Positions 33,001 to 48,000 are shown, counted from the stretch's first letter. The stretch: DNA of 64,000 nucleotides from Candidatus Oxydemutator sp. (GCA_965203445.1 OZ241883.1:1664001-1728000), one strand, 5' to 3'. The notes: generated by a model not told the origin, from the sequence alone. Translations and numbers: made by a program.

Positions 33001-36000
33001 TTCCCTGGGCGTGCACGAAATCACCTGGAGCGCGACCGACGAAGATGGAGATACCGCGACGCTGCGCTTCACGGCCGAAGTGGTGGATCGCATTTCTTCC
33101 GGTGCAGGCGGTTTAGACCTCGTCACGGGAAGATTTGCCTGGGGGAGTTCCGTCAACCGCCGTCTCGGGGGAACGGCAAACAACACTTTCCGATCCGTCC
33201 GCATTGACGGGTTGCCGCTCGGCTTGCGCATCGAGTCGCCGCCCCCACACCTGGTGCCGACGCAGGGCGTGGGCACCGTTGTCGGAAGAGCGCTGTCGGT
33301 CCTGGGCGAGCCTCCCGACGGCAACACGCAGCTGAATATCATCGTTGATACAAGTTTCGCTGCCGCGAATATTCCGTGGTACGTAGGGGTTGCGCCGCCC
33401 GCAACGCCCGGCATCGTCGCCGCCTCGACCGAGACCATCGTGCTTTATGCCGATGAGGCCGTGGCGCCGCGGCCGACCTTGGCCTGGGTCGCCGGACGCA
33501 CCACCGACACCGACGCCGGCCTGCAAATTGCGCTGTCGCCGCTGCCGCAGGGCGTAAGCCGCACCGCCGCGCGCACCGGCACCCACACCGGCGGCAGAGA
33601 CGGCGAGGACGGCGTAAGCCACGTGATCGAGTTGTTCGGCACGCCGGCGCGCGCGGCGAACACCGCAAGCTACACGCTGACGGTCACCGACCAGGCCGGC
33701 AACTACGCCACCCAAAGCTTCGCACTGGTCGTGCGCGGCGAGCGCCCGAAAGTGAACACGCTGACGGTGACCAGCGTCGCCGCCGACGGCGAGGCCTATC
33801 GCGCCGGCGAGCGCGTAACGCTCAGGCTCGGCTTTGATCGTGCGGTCGTGGTCGAAACCGCGCGCGGCGCGCCGCGCCTTGTGCTCGACGTCGGCGGTAG
33901 CGCGCGCACCGCGCCCTTGAGCGCGCGCGCGCGTGCAGACGCGGACGTGCTGCATTTTGAATACGAGGTGAACGCGCTGGATTCCGACGCCGACGGACTG
34001 AGCGTTTCGGCCCTCGACCTGAACGGCGCGCGCATCACCGCAGTCGCCGACGGCGCCGACGGCGCCGACGCGCGCACGGCACTCGGCGCGTTTGCGCGGC
34101 GCGCGCTCGGCCAGCCGCTGATCGGCGGCTCCGATCAGCCGGTGCGCTGGCGACCGGATACCATCGTCGCGCGCTACCGCGTGGGCGAAGCGTTCTCGCT
34201 GGCGCTGCCGGCGCCTGCGAGCGGCAACGCGTCGTTTTCGTATAGCTTTGGCGGCGTCGCGCCGTTTGCGTTCGAGCAGCCGCCGGCGCTGCCGCCCGGG
34301 CTGCGCTGGCAGCCTCCTCCGGCGATGGGCCCGCTCGGCGCGGGCGGCGCGGGCGGCACGATAGCCGGCACCCCGAGCGCGAGCACCCCGTCCACGCTCT
34401 ATCGCCTGACGGCCACCGACGAAGACGGCGACGTCGGTTTCCTCGACGTGCGCCTGACGCCGGCGGCGCCGTCGTTCGGCGACGCCATGCTGGCGACCCA
34501 GACGCTGGTCGTCGGCAGCCGCGCCGGCCTGCCGCTGGCGCTGCCGGCCGCCGACGGCGACCCGGTCTATACGCTGGCGCCGGCGTTGCCGGCGGGCTTG
34601 GCGTTCGACGCCGCCATGCGGCTCATCTTCAGCGCCGCCGGGCCAACGACGCCGACGTCGGTGACGCGCTACACGCTGACCGCGAGCGGTGCCGGCGGCG
34701 TCGGCGAACTGCACTTCGGCCTCGAGGTCGCAACCGATACGGCGCCGATCCTGGTCGGCGGCATCGCCGGCGAACAGCAGCTGTTCGACGACGTGCCGGC
34801 CAACCTGCGCCTGGCCGCGGCCGCCGCCGGCAATCCGCCGTACGCGTACTCGCTGCGCCCGCAACTGCTGCCCGACGGCCTGTCGCTCGACGTCGCCGGG
34901 CGCGGCGCGTGCGCCGACGCGCGCACCATATGCGGCACCGCGGCCGTTGCGGTCGAGCTTGCGCGCTACACGTGGCGCGCCGCCGACTTCGACGGCGACG
35001 CCGCCGCGCGCGCTTTTGCGATTACCGTGCTGGGCAAGCCGCCGCGCCCGAGCGGCCTGGTCAAGGCCGAGGCCAACCGCAGCTTCAGCGTGCGCTGGGA
35101 CGCCGGCATCGCCGATATAACGCGCTATGAGTACCGCGTGGTTACCAACGGTGTCGTCATCAACGCGCGCTGGCTGACGGTGGACGGCGGCGGCGACGCG
35201 CGCGAGGTTGTGATTACCGAACCGGCCGGCGGCGGGCGCCTTGCCAACGGCCAGTCCTACCTGTTCCAGCTGCGCGCGGTCAATAGCTACGATTTCTCGG
35301 ATCCGGCCCAGCTGATCGTTACGCCCGCGGCGCCGCCGACCTTCGAGGGCGTGGAGCCGGTCGTCGTTACGCTGATGTTGGGTGAGCCGATGGAGACGCT
35401 GGTGCTGCCGTCCGCGCGCGGCGGCGCCCTGCCGCTGCGCTGCGACCTGTCGCCGGTGCCGCCCGGTCTGGAATACGCGCGCCCGAGCGTGTTCGACGCC
35501 CACTGCGGCCTGCTCGAGGGCACGCCGCGCGAGGCCGGCGTGTTCGACGCGGTGCTGACCGCGACCGCGAACGACGGCGAACGCGCGTCCACCGGCGTGC
35601 GCGTTACCGTGGTCTCGGACCACGACGCCGACCGCAACGGCCTGATCGAGATCGAGAACCTCGATCAGCTGAACGCGATACGCTGGGATCTGGACGGCGA
35701 CGGCGTCCCTGACGCCGGGCTGTCCGAAAACGACGTCGCGGCCTACGAGGCCGCGTTCGCGCGCTCCTCGACGCAGACGCGCTGTGCGCTCTCGCAATGC
35801 GCCGGCTATGAACTGGTGCGCGACCTTGATTTTGACACCGACGGGGATGGTAGTTTCTGGTCCGTGGTGGGAGTAGGACCAGTAACGCAGCAGCTACAAC
35901 TGGATTCCGACGACAGTTACGGCGCCGGCTTTGCGCCGATAGGCCGCGGCCAGATGTTTTTCAGCGCGACGTTTCGCGGCAACGGCCATACCATTTCCAA

Positions 36001-39000
36001 TCTGGGTATACGAGGTTTCGCGACGGGAGGCACCGCGTTGTTTGCGGGCCTGGCGGCAGGCGGCAGAATCGAGGGTCTGGGCGTGCTGAATGCGGCCATT
36101 GACACGAACTCCGCCGGCGCCCTGCTGGTCGGTACCAGCCGCGGCACGATAGCGGCCAGTTTCGCGCGCCGCCACGGATATTTATTCTGCAGCAGTGTAT
36201 GCGGAGGCATAGCCGCATTAAATTACGGAACGATAGTCGCCAGTTATAGTGATTCGGATGCGGCTAACCGACAGAGTAATTATGCCGGTTTGGCCGGGTT
36301 CAACGGTGGTACGATCAGGGCGAGTTACGCGCTGATCTCGGGCGGCGGCGACGCCGTACGGGGGTTGGTGCGTTTTCTGGAATCCACCGCGACCGCCGCG
36401 GACGCCGAGTTCAGTTACTACCGCGGTGAGTTCATAAGCGCCGGTGGCACGCGCAAAACGACGGCCGAATTGCAGGCGCCCGTCGGCTATACCGGCATCT
36501 ACGCCGACTGGAACGTGGACACCGACGGCGACGGTGTGCCGGATAACCCGTGGTACTTCGGTTCGTCCGACGAATATCCGCAGTTGCGGCTGTTTGCGCC
36601 CGAGTTCGCGGTCGCAGGCCCGGTCGCGGTGCGCGAGGATGCCGCCGCCGCGCGCTTCTGGATCACATACAACGGCGCCGAACCGCTCGCGCGCGGGCGC
36701 CGCGTCGGCGTGGCGGCGCGCGCGATCACCGGCACCGCGGTATCGCCGGCCAGGGCCGGCGTTGATTTCACCGCGCGCGCGGGCGAGGTCGCGTTCTTCC
36801 GCGGCAGCGCGCGCGGCACCACGCGCGCGTTTGCGGTCGCCGTGGCCGACAACGCCAAGGTGCGCGTGCCCGGCGATCCGCTGCGCTTTGCGGTCGTCGT
36901 CGGCGACGGCGCCGCGTCCTCGCGCACCACAGCGATTGCCGACGACGACACCTTGACGATCCGCCCGCAACGAAGCGCCTATACCTTCGAGGAATACGCC
37001 GGCGACGAAAACGTGTGTCTCACGCCCCGAATACCGGCGGCGGGGACGCCTTGCGGCAGAAACGCGGGCCGACGGGAGGTGTGCTTCACGCACCAGGAGA
37101 TAGACCCGCCGGGCGGCATAACCCTGAATCCCGTTTTCACTTACAGCGAAGGCGATGCGCCCGACGCCCGCCTGAACCACGATCGGGACTGCCTGCTGTT
37201 CGAGGGCTCGAGAATTGGCGGGACGTCGCGCTGCGACGTCTCCGCCGGTGGCACCAACTATCGGTTGAATCCCAACCCTCGGTTGATTCTAAACCCAGGC
37301 TTGAATTCCGCCTTTGCGGCAAACCGTGGGTTGAGCGGAGGATTTCACGCGAGAGGTGACGAACTCGCGCTCACCTGCGTAGATCTGGCCATAACCGACG
37401 ATAGGGACTATGAAATGCTCGTTGAATCGGCATTTTTGACCCTTTCCAGCGCTATTACGCGCACCGATTCGGGTGCAAACCTGATATCCAGCGTCTCAAG
37501 TGCCGAAATTTCGATTCGAGACAACGAAAACATACTCTCAATTGCCCAAATTGGCGGTTCGGGGACCATCCGCGAAGGCGAGACCGCGCGCTACCGCCTG
37601 ACGCTGGCGCGTCCGGTGCGCACAAACAGTGCACCGGTTGCCATTCCATGGCGCGTTGCGCCGGCCACCGCCGGCGCCGCCGCCAGTGCCGCCGACTTCG
37701 CCGGCGGCGTGCTGCCGCAGGGCCGCGCGGTCATCGAGCGCGGCGCCCAAGACGTAATCTTCGAGGTTACGCCGATCCAGGACGGCATGCCGGAGGTGGC
37801 CGAGGCCTACCGGATTACGACCCAGACCGGCGTTACGATAACCGCCGGCTTCGGAAGCAATTCGGTGCTCGATACCGGGGGTATTTCGACGCAGACGACG
37901 ATCCTCGTCAACGACGCGCATATCCAGATCGCGGCCACCACCGCCGATGACGACTCGGGACTCGTGCGCGAGGGCCAGCGCCTGACGGTTTTAGTGCGCT
38001 CCAGCGTATTCGTCAACGGCAACGTCCAGTGTCGGGTGGCGCCCGATGAAAGCCGCCCGAGCGCGGCGCGCACCGCGGCCGACGACTTCGCGGCTACAAC
38101 CACTACCGCGGTGTTCCCCAACCAGACCGATGCGATCTGCGACTTCGACGTGGCGCGCGACGATGCGGGCACTCTCGCCGAGGGCCTCGAGCACTTCCTG
38201 TTGATCATCGAGGCCGACCCGAGCTCGCCGATAGCCAATGCGAGCTACGGCGCGCCGCGCGCGTTGCGCATTGCACCCGACCCGATGGCCGTGCCGATCA
38301 CCGTAAGCGGCCCGCCGAGCGCGGTCGTCGAGGGCGCCGACGCCGTATTCCTGATCACGCTGCAAGGCACCGTAACCAGCCGCACCGAGGTCGTCTATGC
38401 GCTCGAGGACGCAAGCGCCACCGGCGGACGCGATGCGAACGCGCCCGGCGCCGACTTTTATCCGAGCGGCCAGCGCCGCGTGATGCTCGCGCCCGGCACC
38501 GATCCGAGCGCCGAGATCGCGGTTGCGACGATAGCCGACGGCGTCGCCGAGGGCGTGGAGAGCTTCCGCCTGCGCGTGGTGAGCGCCGCGACCAACGGCT
38601 TTAACGAGTTCGGCGTCGGCTACCGCGCGACCGTCTTTGCGCGCGACGCGACCGCGACCGCGGCCGTGGCGCTGATCAGCGACGGCATGGTCTCGATCAC
38701 GCGCGTCGGTTCGGGCGACGTAATCGAGGGCGAGCGCGTCGCGTTCGATCTGACGCTGAACCGCGCGCTGCCGGCGCCGCTTGCGGTGCGCACGCGCGTA
38801 ACGCGGCTGCCCGACGGCGCCGCGGCCGCCGCCGACGTGACCGACGCGACCTTGTCCACGTTCCATCCGGGCGCGCCGCTGGTGCAGAGAATTACGCTGG
38901 CGACGGTGGACGACGGCGACGCCGAGGGGCGCGAGCGCTTCCGCGTCGCGATCACGCCGCCGGAAGTCGGCGGCGGCGGCTACGCCGACTTTGCGATTGC

Positions 39001-42000
39001 CACCAGCACGCTGGCGCGCGGGCGCGTGAACCTGGCGTGCGACGAGACCGTGGTCGAGGGTGACGACTTTGCGTGCCGCGTGCGCGTCGGCGCGCCCGCC
39101 GGCGCGCCCGCCGACGTCGACGTGACCATAGCCGTCGGCGCGCCCGGCGACGCCGCCACGCGCGCTGAGGACTACGTGCCGCCGGCCGCGGCGTGCGCCG
39201 CGGGCGTATGCGCCGTGACCATCGCCGCCGGCACGGACACCGCCGCGCTGACGTTTGCGACGCGCGGCGACGACGGTCTCGAGGCCGACGAGCAGGCGAC
39301 GGTCTCGCTTGCCGCGGTGCGCGGCGGCGGCGATCTTGCGCCGACGCTGCCGCGCGCCGGCAGCGACGCGCGCGAGAGCGTGGTGCGCATCGTCGACGAT
39401 GGCAAGATCGCAGGCCTGGTCGGTATCGCCGGTTTCGTCGACGCCGACGGCGCCGCGCTGCCCGCCGAGACGCTCGCCGACGGCGTGCGCGCGACGTTCG
39501 CCGAAGGCGCGCGCGTCGCCGTCCGCGTGGCGTTCGACGGCGTGATTCCGCAAGGCGTCATGGTACCGTTCGACTACCGCGTCGGCGCCGCCGGCGACAG
39601 CGCCGGGCGCGACGACTACGCGCCGTCGGCGCCCGCGCTGCGGCGCGCTTCGTTGACCGGCCCGGTCACCGACACCGTCATCGCGCTCAGCCTCGCCGAC
39701 GACGATTTCGCCGAGAGCGCCGAGACCCTGACCATCGAGCTGGTGGCTACCGCCGGCGACCTGTCGTCGCTTGCGGTGCGCGCCAGCAGCCGCCGCGCGG
39801 TCGTCGTCATCGCCGCCGGCGACGCCGCCGGCGCGCGCACGCTGCGCCTGTCGCGCGACGCTGCGGTGCGCGTCAGCGAGACCCTGACCTATTACCCGAC
39901 GTCGACCGCGCGCACGCGCGCCATAACGCGCGACGCCGTGGTCACGCGCGACGTCGCGCTGACGCCGGCGTCGCCGACCGTGGACGTGTTCGAGGGCGAG
40001 CGCTTGGCGTTCTACGTAACGGTCGGCGGCGCGCCGCCTGGCGAGGCCCTCGAAGTGCACTGGAGCGTGCGCGCCGCCGGCGGGCGCGCCTTCGCCGATG
40101 CCGCCGACTTCGACTTTGCCGACGCCAACGCCGACGGCGACTACGACCCGCTGACCGGCGTGCTGCGCGTACCGCGCCACCGCATCGGGCAACGCCTGCC
40201 GCTGGTGGTGCCCGTCGCCGCCGACGCCGTGGCCGAGGATTCCGAGGCTTTCGAGGTCGCGGTGTCGCTGCGCGACCCGGATAGCGGCGACGACTTTGCG
40301 ACCTCGTTTTCCGCGCGCATCGCGCCCTCGGCCGCGTTGCGCGTCGGCGTGGACGGCCCGGCCGAGATTGACGAGGGCGCGACCGCGACCTACGTGTTGA
40401 CCAATCTGTCCGGCACCGACGCCGCCCGTGACCTGTCCTGGAGCATCAACGGCGTCGGCGAGGGCGACGTTTCGGTGTGCGCGCCCGAGGCCGCCGGCTT
40501 CGGGCAGGGCGCGTGCACGCGGATGGCGACCGCCGCGGCCACCACCTCGACCGACGTTGCGAATATGACCACGAATGATTTCAGCGACAACGTGGGCACG
40601 GTGCAACTGCCGCCGGCGGTGGGCGCGACCGCGACGATCTCGGTGCGCGCGGTGGCCGACGGCAACTACGAGGACTTCGAGCGTTACCGCTTTGTGCTCA
40701 CCGCGGACAACGTCGTCGTGGCCGACCTGCCCGGAGTGATCAGGCCGGCGCGCCTGCTCTATCTGCAAAGCTTCGGCGTCGGCAGCACCGACGACACCGG
40801 CGTCGGCGCGCGGCGCATCGGCCGCGCCGCCGAGGGCGGCGCCAACGCGCTGTTGCTGTCCACCGACACGGCCGTCGCCGTCGCCTACGGCGCGGACTAC
40901 GACGCGCCGCTGCCACGCTCGCGCAATCCCTGCGACAGCGCCTCGGGCGCGGACTTCGGCGCCGCCACCAGCGCCACCGTGAATCAGAACCTGCTGCTGT
41001 TCCGGGCGGTAACCGACGACGACAGCCGCGGCGTGGCCGCGTGCAGCGACGGCGCACCGGAGGGCAACCCCGAGTACTTCGCGCTCTACGTGCGTCCATC
41101 GCCGACGCTGACCGACGCCCACCCGTACATCGTGAATCTGAACGTGGCGCGCAATGAGCTGTTCGCGCATCGCCCGGTTACCGGCGGCGCGGTTATTTCC
41201 GGCGAGATCGCCGAGCGCGACTACGGCGCCGTGGCGTTGCGCGCCGACGCCGCCGCCGCCGTCGAAGAGGGCGGCGCCGCGGCGTTCACCGTTACCTATC
41301 GCGGCCCGGCGCAGACCTGGCCGGTGCGCGTGCCGTGGCGCGTCGCCGCGGCCGCCGCCGACGCCGCCGAGCCGACGGCGCACGCCGACGACTTCCCGCT
41401 GGCGAACGCCGAGCGCGCCCTGGTGCGGATAGACGACGGCGTCGAGCGCGGCGACCCGCTGTTCCCGTCCGGCGTCGTTACCTTCGCCGCCGGCACCGCC
41501 GACGGCACCACCGCGACCGTCGTCGTGCGCGTGCGCGACGACCGCGAGCGCGAGCCGCGCGAACGCTTCTCGGTGGTGCTCGGCGCGCCGACGGTGCCCG
41601 AGACGACCACCGCGCCGGCGCCGATAGTGACGCGCGGCTACGGGCGCGCCGTTGCGGTCATCGCCGCCAGTGACGATCCGGCCTTCGCTCTCGACAGCAT
41701 CGTCGGCAACGAGGTGCGCGAGGGCGCCACGCTGACGGTCGTGGTGCGCGCGGCCGCGGCCGCGAATGCCGCGCGCGACCTGCGGTGCGCGATCACGCAG
41801 CCTGACGATCCGTCGGCCCAGTCCGCGGGCGCGGCGCGCACCGCGGCCGTGGCCTCGGACTTCGACGCCACCGAGGTCGAGGTGCGCCTGGCACCCGGCG
41901 CGCGCACCGCGACGTGCGAGTTCCCGGTTCGTGACGATACCGAGACCGAGGGCTATGAATACTTCGGCGTGGCGCTTACCGTCGACGGCGTCGACGTCGG

Positions 42001-45000
42001 CGCGCACCGCGAGTTTCGCGTCGCCCCCTCCGACGCTTCGGTAACGGTGTCCGGGCCGCGCACCGCTCCCGAGGGCACGACCCGGACCTATACCGTCGTA
42101 CGGCGCGGCGCCGCGGGCGTGGCCTCGCGGTTGTCGTGGCGCACCACGGGCACGTCGGCGGGATTTGCCGCGGCCGATCTACAGTCGGGCTTCCAAAGCG
42201 GCGTCGTCACGCTGCCGGCGTCGCCGGCGGCGCTGACCAGCGCGACGTTCCAGGTCAAGGTGGTAGATGACACCGCGGCCGAGGTCGCCGAACGCTTCGC
42301 TATCGTGCTGGCCGTTGTCGCCGGCGACGCGCGCCTGGGCGAAGGCTCGTCGCTGACGGTCGTGATACCGGCCAGCGACGTGGTCATCGAGCCGCTGGCG
42401 CTGCGCTTCGACGCCTCGAGCTACACCGTGGTCGAGGACACCGGCGATCTGGCCTTCGAGCTGATAGATTCGCGCTCGTTCCGGCCGCCGGCGTCGGCCA
42501 CGCTGACGTTCGAGTTCTCGGCGGCGCACAACACCAGCGACGTGTCCAGCGTCGTCATCGGCGGCGAGCGCCGCCGCTACCCGGCCGCCGGGGCCGCGGT
42601 CGCGGTCGGCTTTGACCTGGACGGCGCCACCCGCACGCGGGTTACGGTCGACATCCGCGCCGATACCATCGCCGAGGAAAACGAGAGCTTCCTGCTGCGC
42701 GTAACCGACGCCGGCGGCGCCGAGATGGACACCGCGACGGTCACCATCGTGGACGATGAAACGGTGGTGATGGGCTTTACATTCGAGGACACCATAGCCG
42801 AAACCAGGGTCAATTTCTCAGTCTGTGCGGTGGTGCTCCGGCCGCTCTCCACGCAGCTCCTGGAGCGCAGGCTCAATTTTGCTTTTGCGCTTGAGGAGGA
42901 GCTGGTGGCCCCGCTTGACCCGGGCGAGTACAACTTCCCGGTCGGTCAGGACGTTGGTCCGTTTTTCCAGATGACCCGCCGCCAATGCTTCGCGGTAGAA
43001 TTTGGCGGCGACGACGACGTCGTCGAGGGCACCGAGTATTACATTCCGAGCCTGACCGGTGTGGGCGGCGGCAGTCTGCCGGAGCGGGTCACCCTTACCC
43101 GCACCAGATACGCCGTGACCAGCGAAGACCTGCCGCTGATGGCTTTTGATCCCACCACCTACACCATCGCCGAGGGCGACGTCGCGCAAGTGTGCGCCCA
43201 AGCCGTCGGCCCCACGGACCCGGCGCTGATAGACCAGACGCCGCCGTGGGATTTCCGCTTCGAGCTGACCGACACCTTGGGCCTGTTGCGACCGGCGATG
43301 GCCGAGTTCGGGCCGTACGCCGGCGTCACCAGCGCCAGTTGCGTCGACATGCACGTCTCGTCCTTGGGCGGTAGCGTCGCGACGACGCGCGTCGCCACGC
43401 TCGGTCTGCAAGACACCACGGCCCGGGCCACGGTCGTGATCCCGCCGACGCCGCTGGTTACGATAGAGGCGCTGCCGTCCGTCGGCGAGAGCGTCGGCGG
43501 TATCGTGGACGAGGGCGGCGTGCTGCGCTTTCGGGCGGTCAAGACGCGCGCCACCAACGAGCCGGTGACGGTGGCTTGGCGCATCAGCGCCGATGCAAAC
43601 GTTGAAACGGCCGGGAGCGTGCTGGCACAACCCGCCGATCTGGTCGGTTACGACGCGCTGCCGGCGATAGGCACCGTCGTGATAGCGGCCGGGACGACGA
43701 AATCGGAGGTCATCCTGATACGCACCGCGAACGTCGCCGGCGAAAGGCCGACGCGCACGTTCGTCGTGACGCTGTTCTCGCTTGTCGGCGTTGGCGGCCG
43801 CCTGGGCACGCCGGACGCGCTCGAGGCCACCGCGACGATCCGCGCCGCCGGCGACGCACCGACCTGGCGGCTTGCGCTCGAACCCGTCGGCGGCGACGAC
43901 TTGACGCTGGACGAGCAGGCGGCCGCGGCCGCGCAGTTCCGAGTCGTGCTGCGGCGCGTCTCCGGCAGCGGCGCGTTGGCGAGCGATCTGGGTTTTGCGG
44001 TGAGCATCGAAGCCGACGCCGGCAGCGCCAATCCGATCGAGGCCGACGACCTCGCGTCTTCGTCCGCCTTGAGCGGGACTTTTAACGCGAACCAAAGCAG
44101 CGGCAGTGTCATTACCTTTTCGCTGACCGCGAACGACGACGATCTCAACGAGGGCGCCGAAGGGTTTTTGATACGCCTGAACAGCACCGATACGCGCGTC
44201 GTAACCACCGCCACCCTGGGCGGCACCATTGCGCCCGACGCCGACGACGCCGTGCACGTCTCCCTGGCGCTGGCCACGACCCGCAACGTGGCCGAGCCGG
44301 GACGCGCGCTGGTGACGACGATGACGTGGGGCGGCGCGACCCTGAGCGAGGACCTGGTGCTGCCGTTTGTGACGACCGCCGGGGATCCCTATTTTAATCC
44401 CTCGGACGACTACCGCATCGTAGTGCCCGCCGCCAGCGACGGCTACCGCGTGCGCGGTGGCGCGCTGGTCGTCTCGCCGGGCGCCGTCACCTCGAGCGCG
44501 GTGCTGTTCGAGGCGCGCGACGACGTATATAACGAAAGCACCGAGAGCGCGGTCTTCGGCTGGCGCGTGCCGCGATTCGAGAGCGCGGGCGCCGTCACCG
44601 CGACCGTTACCGCGCCACCGTCCGGCGGCGGCGAGGTAACGGTGTGGATAGCCCAGAACGACCGCGTGGTGTACTCCCTGGGCGCTTTTTCCAGAGCGGT
44701 GGTAGCCAAAGGCGGCGAACTCCAAGCCAGGCTTGGCGTGGACAAGGTGAACGTCGACTATACCGCGCCTGCGACGAGGACCCTGGTTTTGAGTGGCCCG
44801 TTCTTTGAGACCGTCACTCGCACGGTGGTCAATGAACCGCCGGATAGCACGCGCCCCCGGGATATATATATTTCTTTTCCTGATGACGGCTTGGAGACGC
44901 CGCAGACCGAGGTGACGCTCACACTGCACGACGCCGTCGGCGGGCGTCCGGGCGGCGGCGGGGTCGCGATTGACCCGGCGCGCTCGGCCGCCACCGTGAT

Positions 45001-48000
45001 TCAGCTGGCGGGCGAGGCGGTCGCGGCGTCGCTGTCGGGGCCGGCCGAGGTGCGCGAGGGTGCGACCGCGACCTATACGCTGTCGCTGAGCAGGGCCTGG
45101 ACGCACCCGACGACGGTGGAGTACCGGATTACGACGGCCGCGGTTGCCGGCGCGGCCGCGACGCCGCGCGACCTGCGTGGCGTCGCCGCCTTCCCGACGA
45201 CCGCCAGCGCGGTGATCCCGGCGGCGCGCACGACGGTGCCGATTCTGATCCACGCGCTGGACGACGGCCTGTTCGAGGGCCGCGAGCACTTTGTTCTCGA
45301 GCTGCTGTCGGCGCGCGATACGCGCGGCAACGACTGGCCGCTCAGCGACGCGCGGCGCACCGTGGCCATCGCCGCCAGCGACCCGCCGCGCGCCGGCTTC
45401 GAGGCGTCGCGCTACGTCGTGCGCAACGGTTCGACGCTGACCGCGTGCGTCAGCGTGGACGTCGCGTCGGTGCGCGGCGGCGGCGACTTCTCGCTGACGG
45501 TGACCAGCGCCGACGGCGTCGGCGCCGACGGCGCCGTCGCCGGCGCCGACTACGTGGCGCTGTCGGGCGCGCCGCTCGGTCCGTTCAGCGCGACCACGCC
45601 GCGCCACTGTGTGCGCGTGCCGATCACGCGCGACGGCGCCGAGATCGAGCGCAACGAGGAATTCACGCTGACGCTGGCGGCCGCCACGACCAACGTCGAA
45701 CTGACGCGCGCCGAGGCCACGGTCGAGATCCGCGCGACCGACCGCGTGCCGCCGTACTTCATCTACAGCGGACGCGACGCGATTGCGTACGCGGGCGGCC
45801 AGTCCAGGCTGTGGCTGCCGCTGAACGAACCGGTCAAGATCTTAGGCCGCGGCGAGGCCATGGCCGCGGCCACCGCGAGCGGGCTGGGCCGCGACGCGCG
45901 TCTCGGCGGCTTCGTCGTGTTGCGCCGCCTGTTGGGCACCTTCGACGCGTGCGCGGTGGACGCGATGGCGACGACGATTGCGGTGACGCGCGCGTATTAC
46001 GAGGCCGTGACTCCGAGCGTGGTGCTCGAGTTGGCGCGCCCGATTCCGTACACCGACGACCGCCTGTGGGCGAGTTACTGTTACCAGAGCGGCCCCGGCA
46101 TCTACGATCTGGCGGTCGAGAGCGGCATGGCCGACCCCGAGATCGGGCGCAACCAGCTGACGCGCTCGCTCGGTATGATGGAATACGACCCGATCAAGGA
46201 CTCCGACGGCGACGGTCTGCCCGACGCGCTGGAGGCGCGCTTGGGCGGCGATCCGCTGTCGCCCGCGGGCGCCCCCGACGACGTGCCGCGCGTGACGCTG
46301 ACGCGCGGCGTCGCCGACACCGCGCTGATCGCGTATGCGGGCATCCGCGAGCACGGCGCGCGCCGCCACCTGGGCGTCGAGGTCAGCGCCGCCGGCGGCT
46401 ACACCCTGCGCGCCTACTACCTGTCGGATACCTTCGGCTACACCGGCGACGCGGCCTACGGTTGCCGCGGACGCTTCCCGTCGAATTACGCCGCGCCGCT
46501 GGCGGCCGGCGGCTGCGCCGAGGTCGACTTCGCGAATATCCCGGCGGGCGTGGATCACGTCATCGGCTGGTTTGCCGCCGGGCCTTCGGGCTACTGGTTC
46601 GCGGCGCCGACCGCAAGCGGCCTGCCACAGCAGACCATCCGCCGCGTGCCGGAATTGAACGTCGCGTCGCGGCTCGCCTATCTGGCGCGCGCCGGCGCCG
46701 CCGGCGGCGAAGGCGTCGTCCTCGAGGTGAACCAGGACGTCGCGCCCACGGTGCCGCTGCAACTGCTGCTCGAGGTGCGCACGGCCACCGACGTCGAGAC
46801 GCGGCGCGTGCCGCTGCCGACGGTGCGCGGGCGCGTCGCGGTCGTAACCGCGACCGCCGCCGGCACCTACGGCATCGCCGGCGTCGCCAGCGGCACCGCG
46901 AACCTGCTGTGGCACCCGGCGCGCGGCGTCGCCGCGCTGGCCGAGACCAGCTACTCGCTGGGCGTCGCGACGCGCACGCGCGTGTCGCTGTTGCCCGACG
47001 TGTCGCTGCTGCTGGGGCCGATGGCGCTGACCCAGGACGGCGCGCCGCGCACCGTACTGCACAGCGGCGGCTACGGCTACCGCCTCGAGCTGCCGGTCAG
47101 CAACCCGGCGTCGCGCGCGACGATGAGCGACGTCCACACGGTCATAGCGGGCGGCGACGTGGCGTTGCGGGTTATGCGCGACGCCGCCGGTGTTTCCGGC
47201 AGGGTCGCCAGCAGGGACGAGTTTGAGATCAAGGGCGACGCCCACGAGCGCGTCGCCACGGCCGAGTTCCTGGTCGGTTTTTCCGACGTCCGCCCAGACT
47301 TCGAGGAGTTCGCCGCACCGGCGCGCTACAGTTGGCCGGTGATCGCGCCGCGCGACGCCGACGCCGACGGCGTCCCGGACGATCAGGACGACTACGCGGG
47401 CGCGTCGCTGCTGCCGGTGCGCGTTGCACGCACCACGGACATCGAGACCTGGCACCACCTGCGCACGGTGCTGCCGACGCATCGCCTGCATACCGGGGCC
47501 GCCACGCGCGAGCGCGTGCGTGCGCGCGCCCGCGCCGGCCAAGCCGTGGCCTACGCCGACTATCTGGCGACGTTGGACGCCGCCGACGACGCCCTCTACG
47601 CCGAATACCCGGTGGTCTATGACTTTGAGATCTACGGCGTCGCGCCGGCGACGTTCACCGCCGCCGGGCGCACCGTCGGCGGCGCCGCCGGCGTGATCGT
47701 GCCGCTGCCGGAGACGGTGCGCGCGATGGTCGGGCGCGGGCTGGTGCCGAGCAAACTGTCTCCGGCCGGCGACCGGAGAAGTTTCGACGTCGCCGGCGAA
47801 AACGGCTTCGGCTTCGCGCCGCTGGACGACCAGGCGCAGTGCCCCGACGACGTCGCGGGCGCCGGCTACCGCAATGACGACGGCAGCCTCGAGAACCGGC
47901 CGTCCGACCCGCGCGACGCCTGTCTGCTGATGTGGATCGTGGACGGCGGCGCCAACGACGCCGACGGCGTCGCCGACGGCGTAATCCGCGATCCGACCGT

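Noticed and set aside
29252-42007. Very long minus-strand ORFs inside the giant gene
   Set aside because: Antisense shadows caused by codon bias, with no recognisable motifs.
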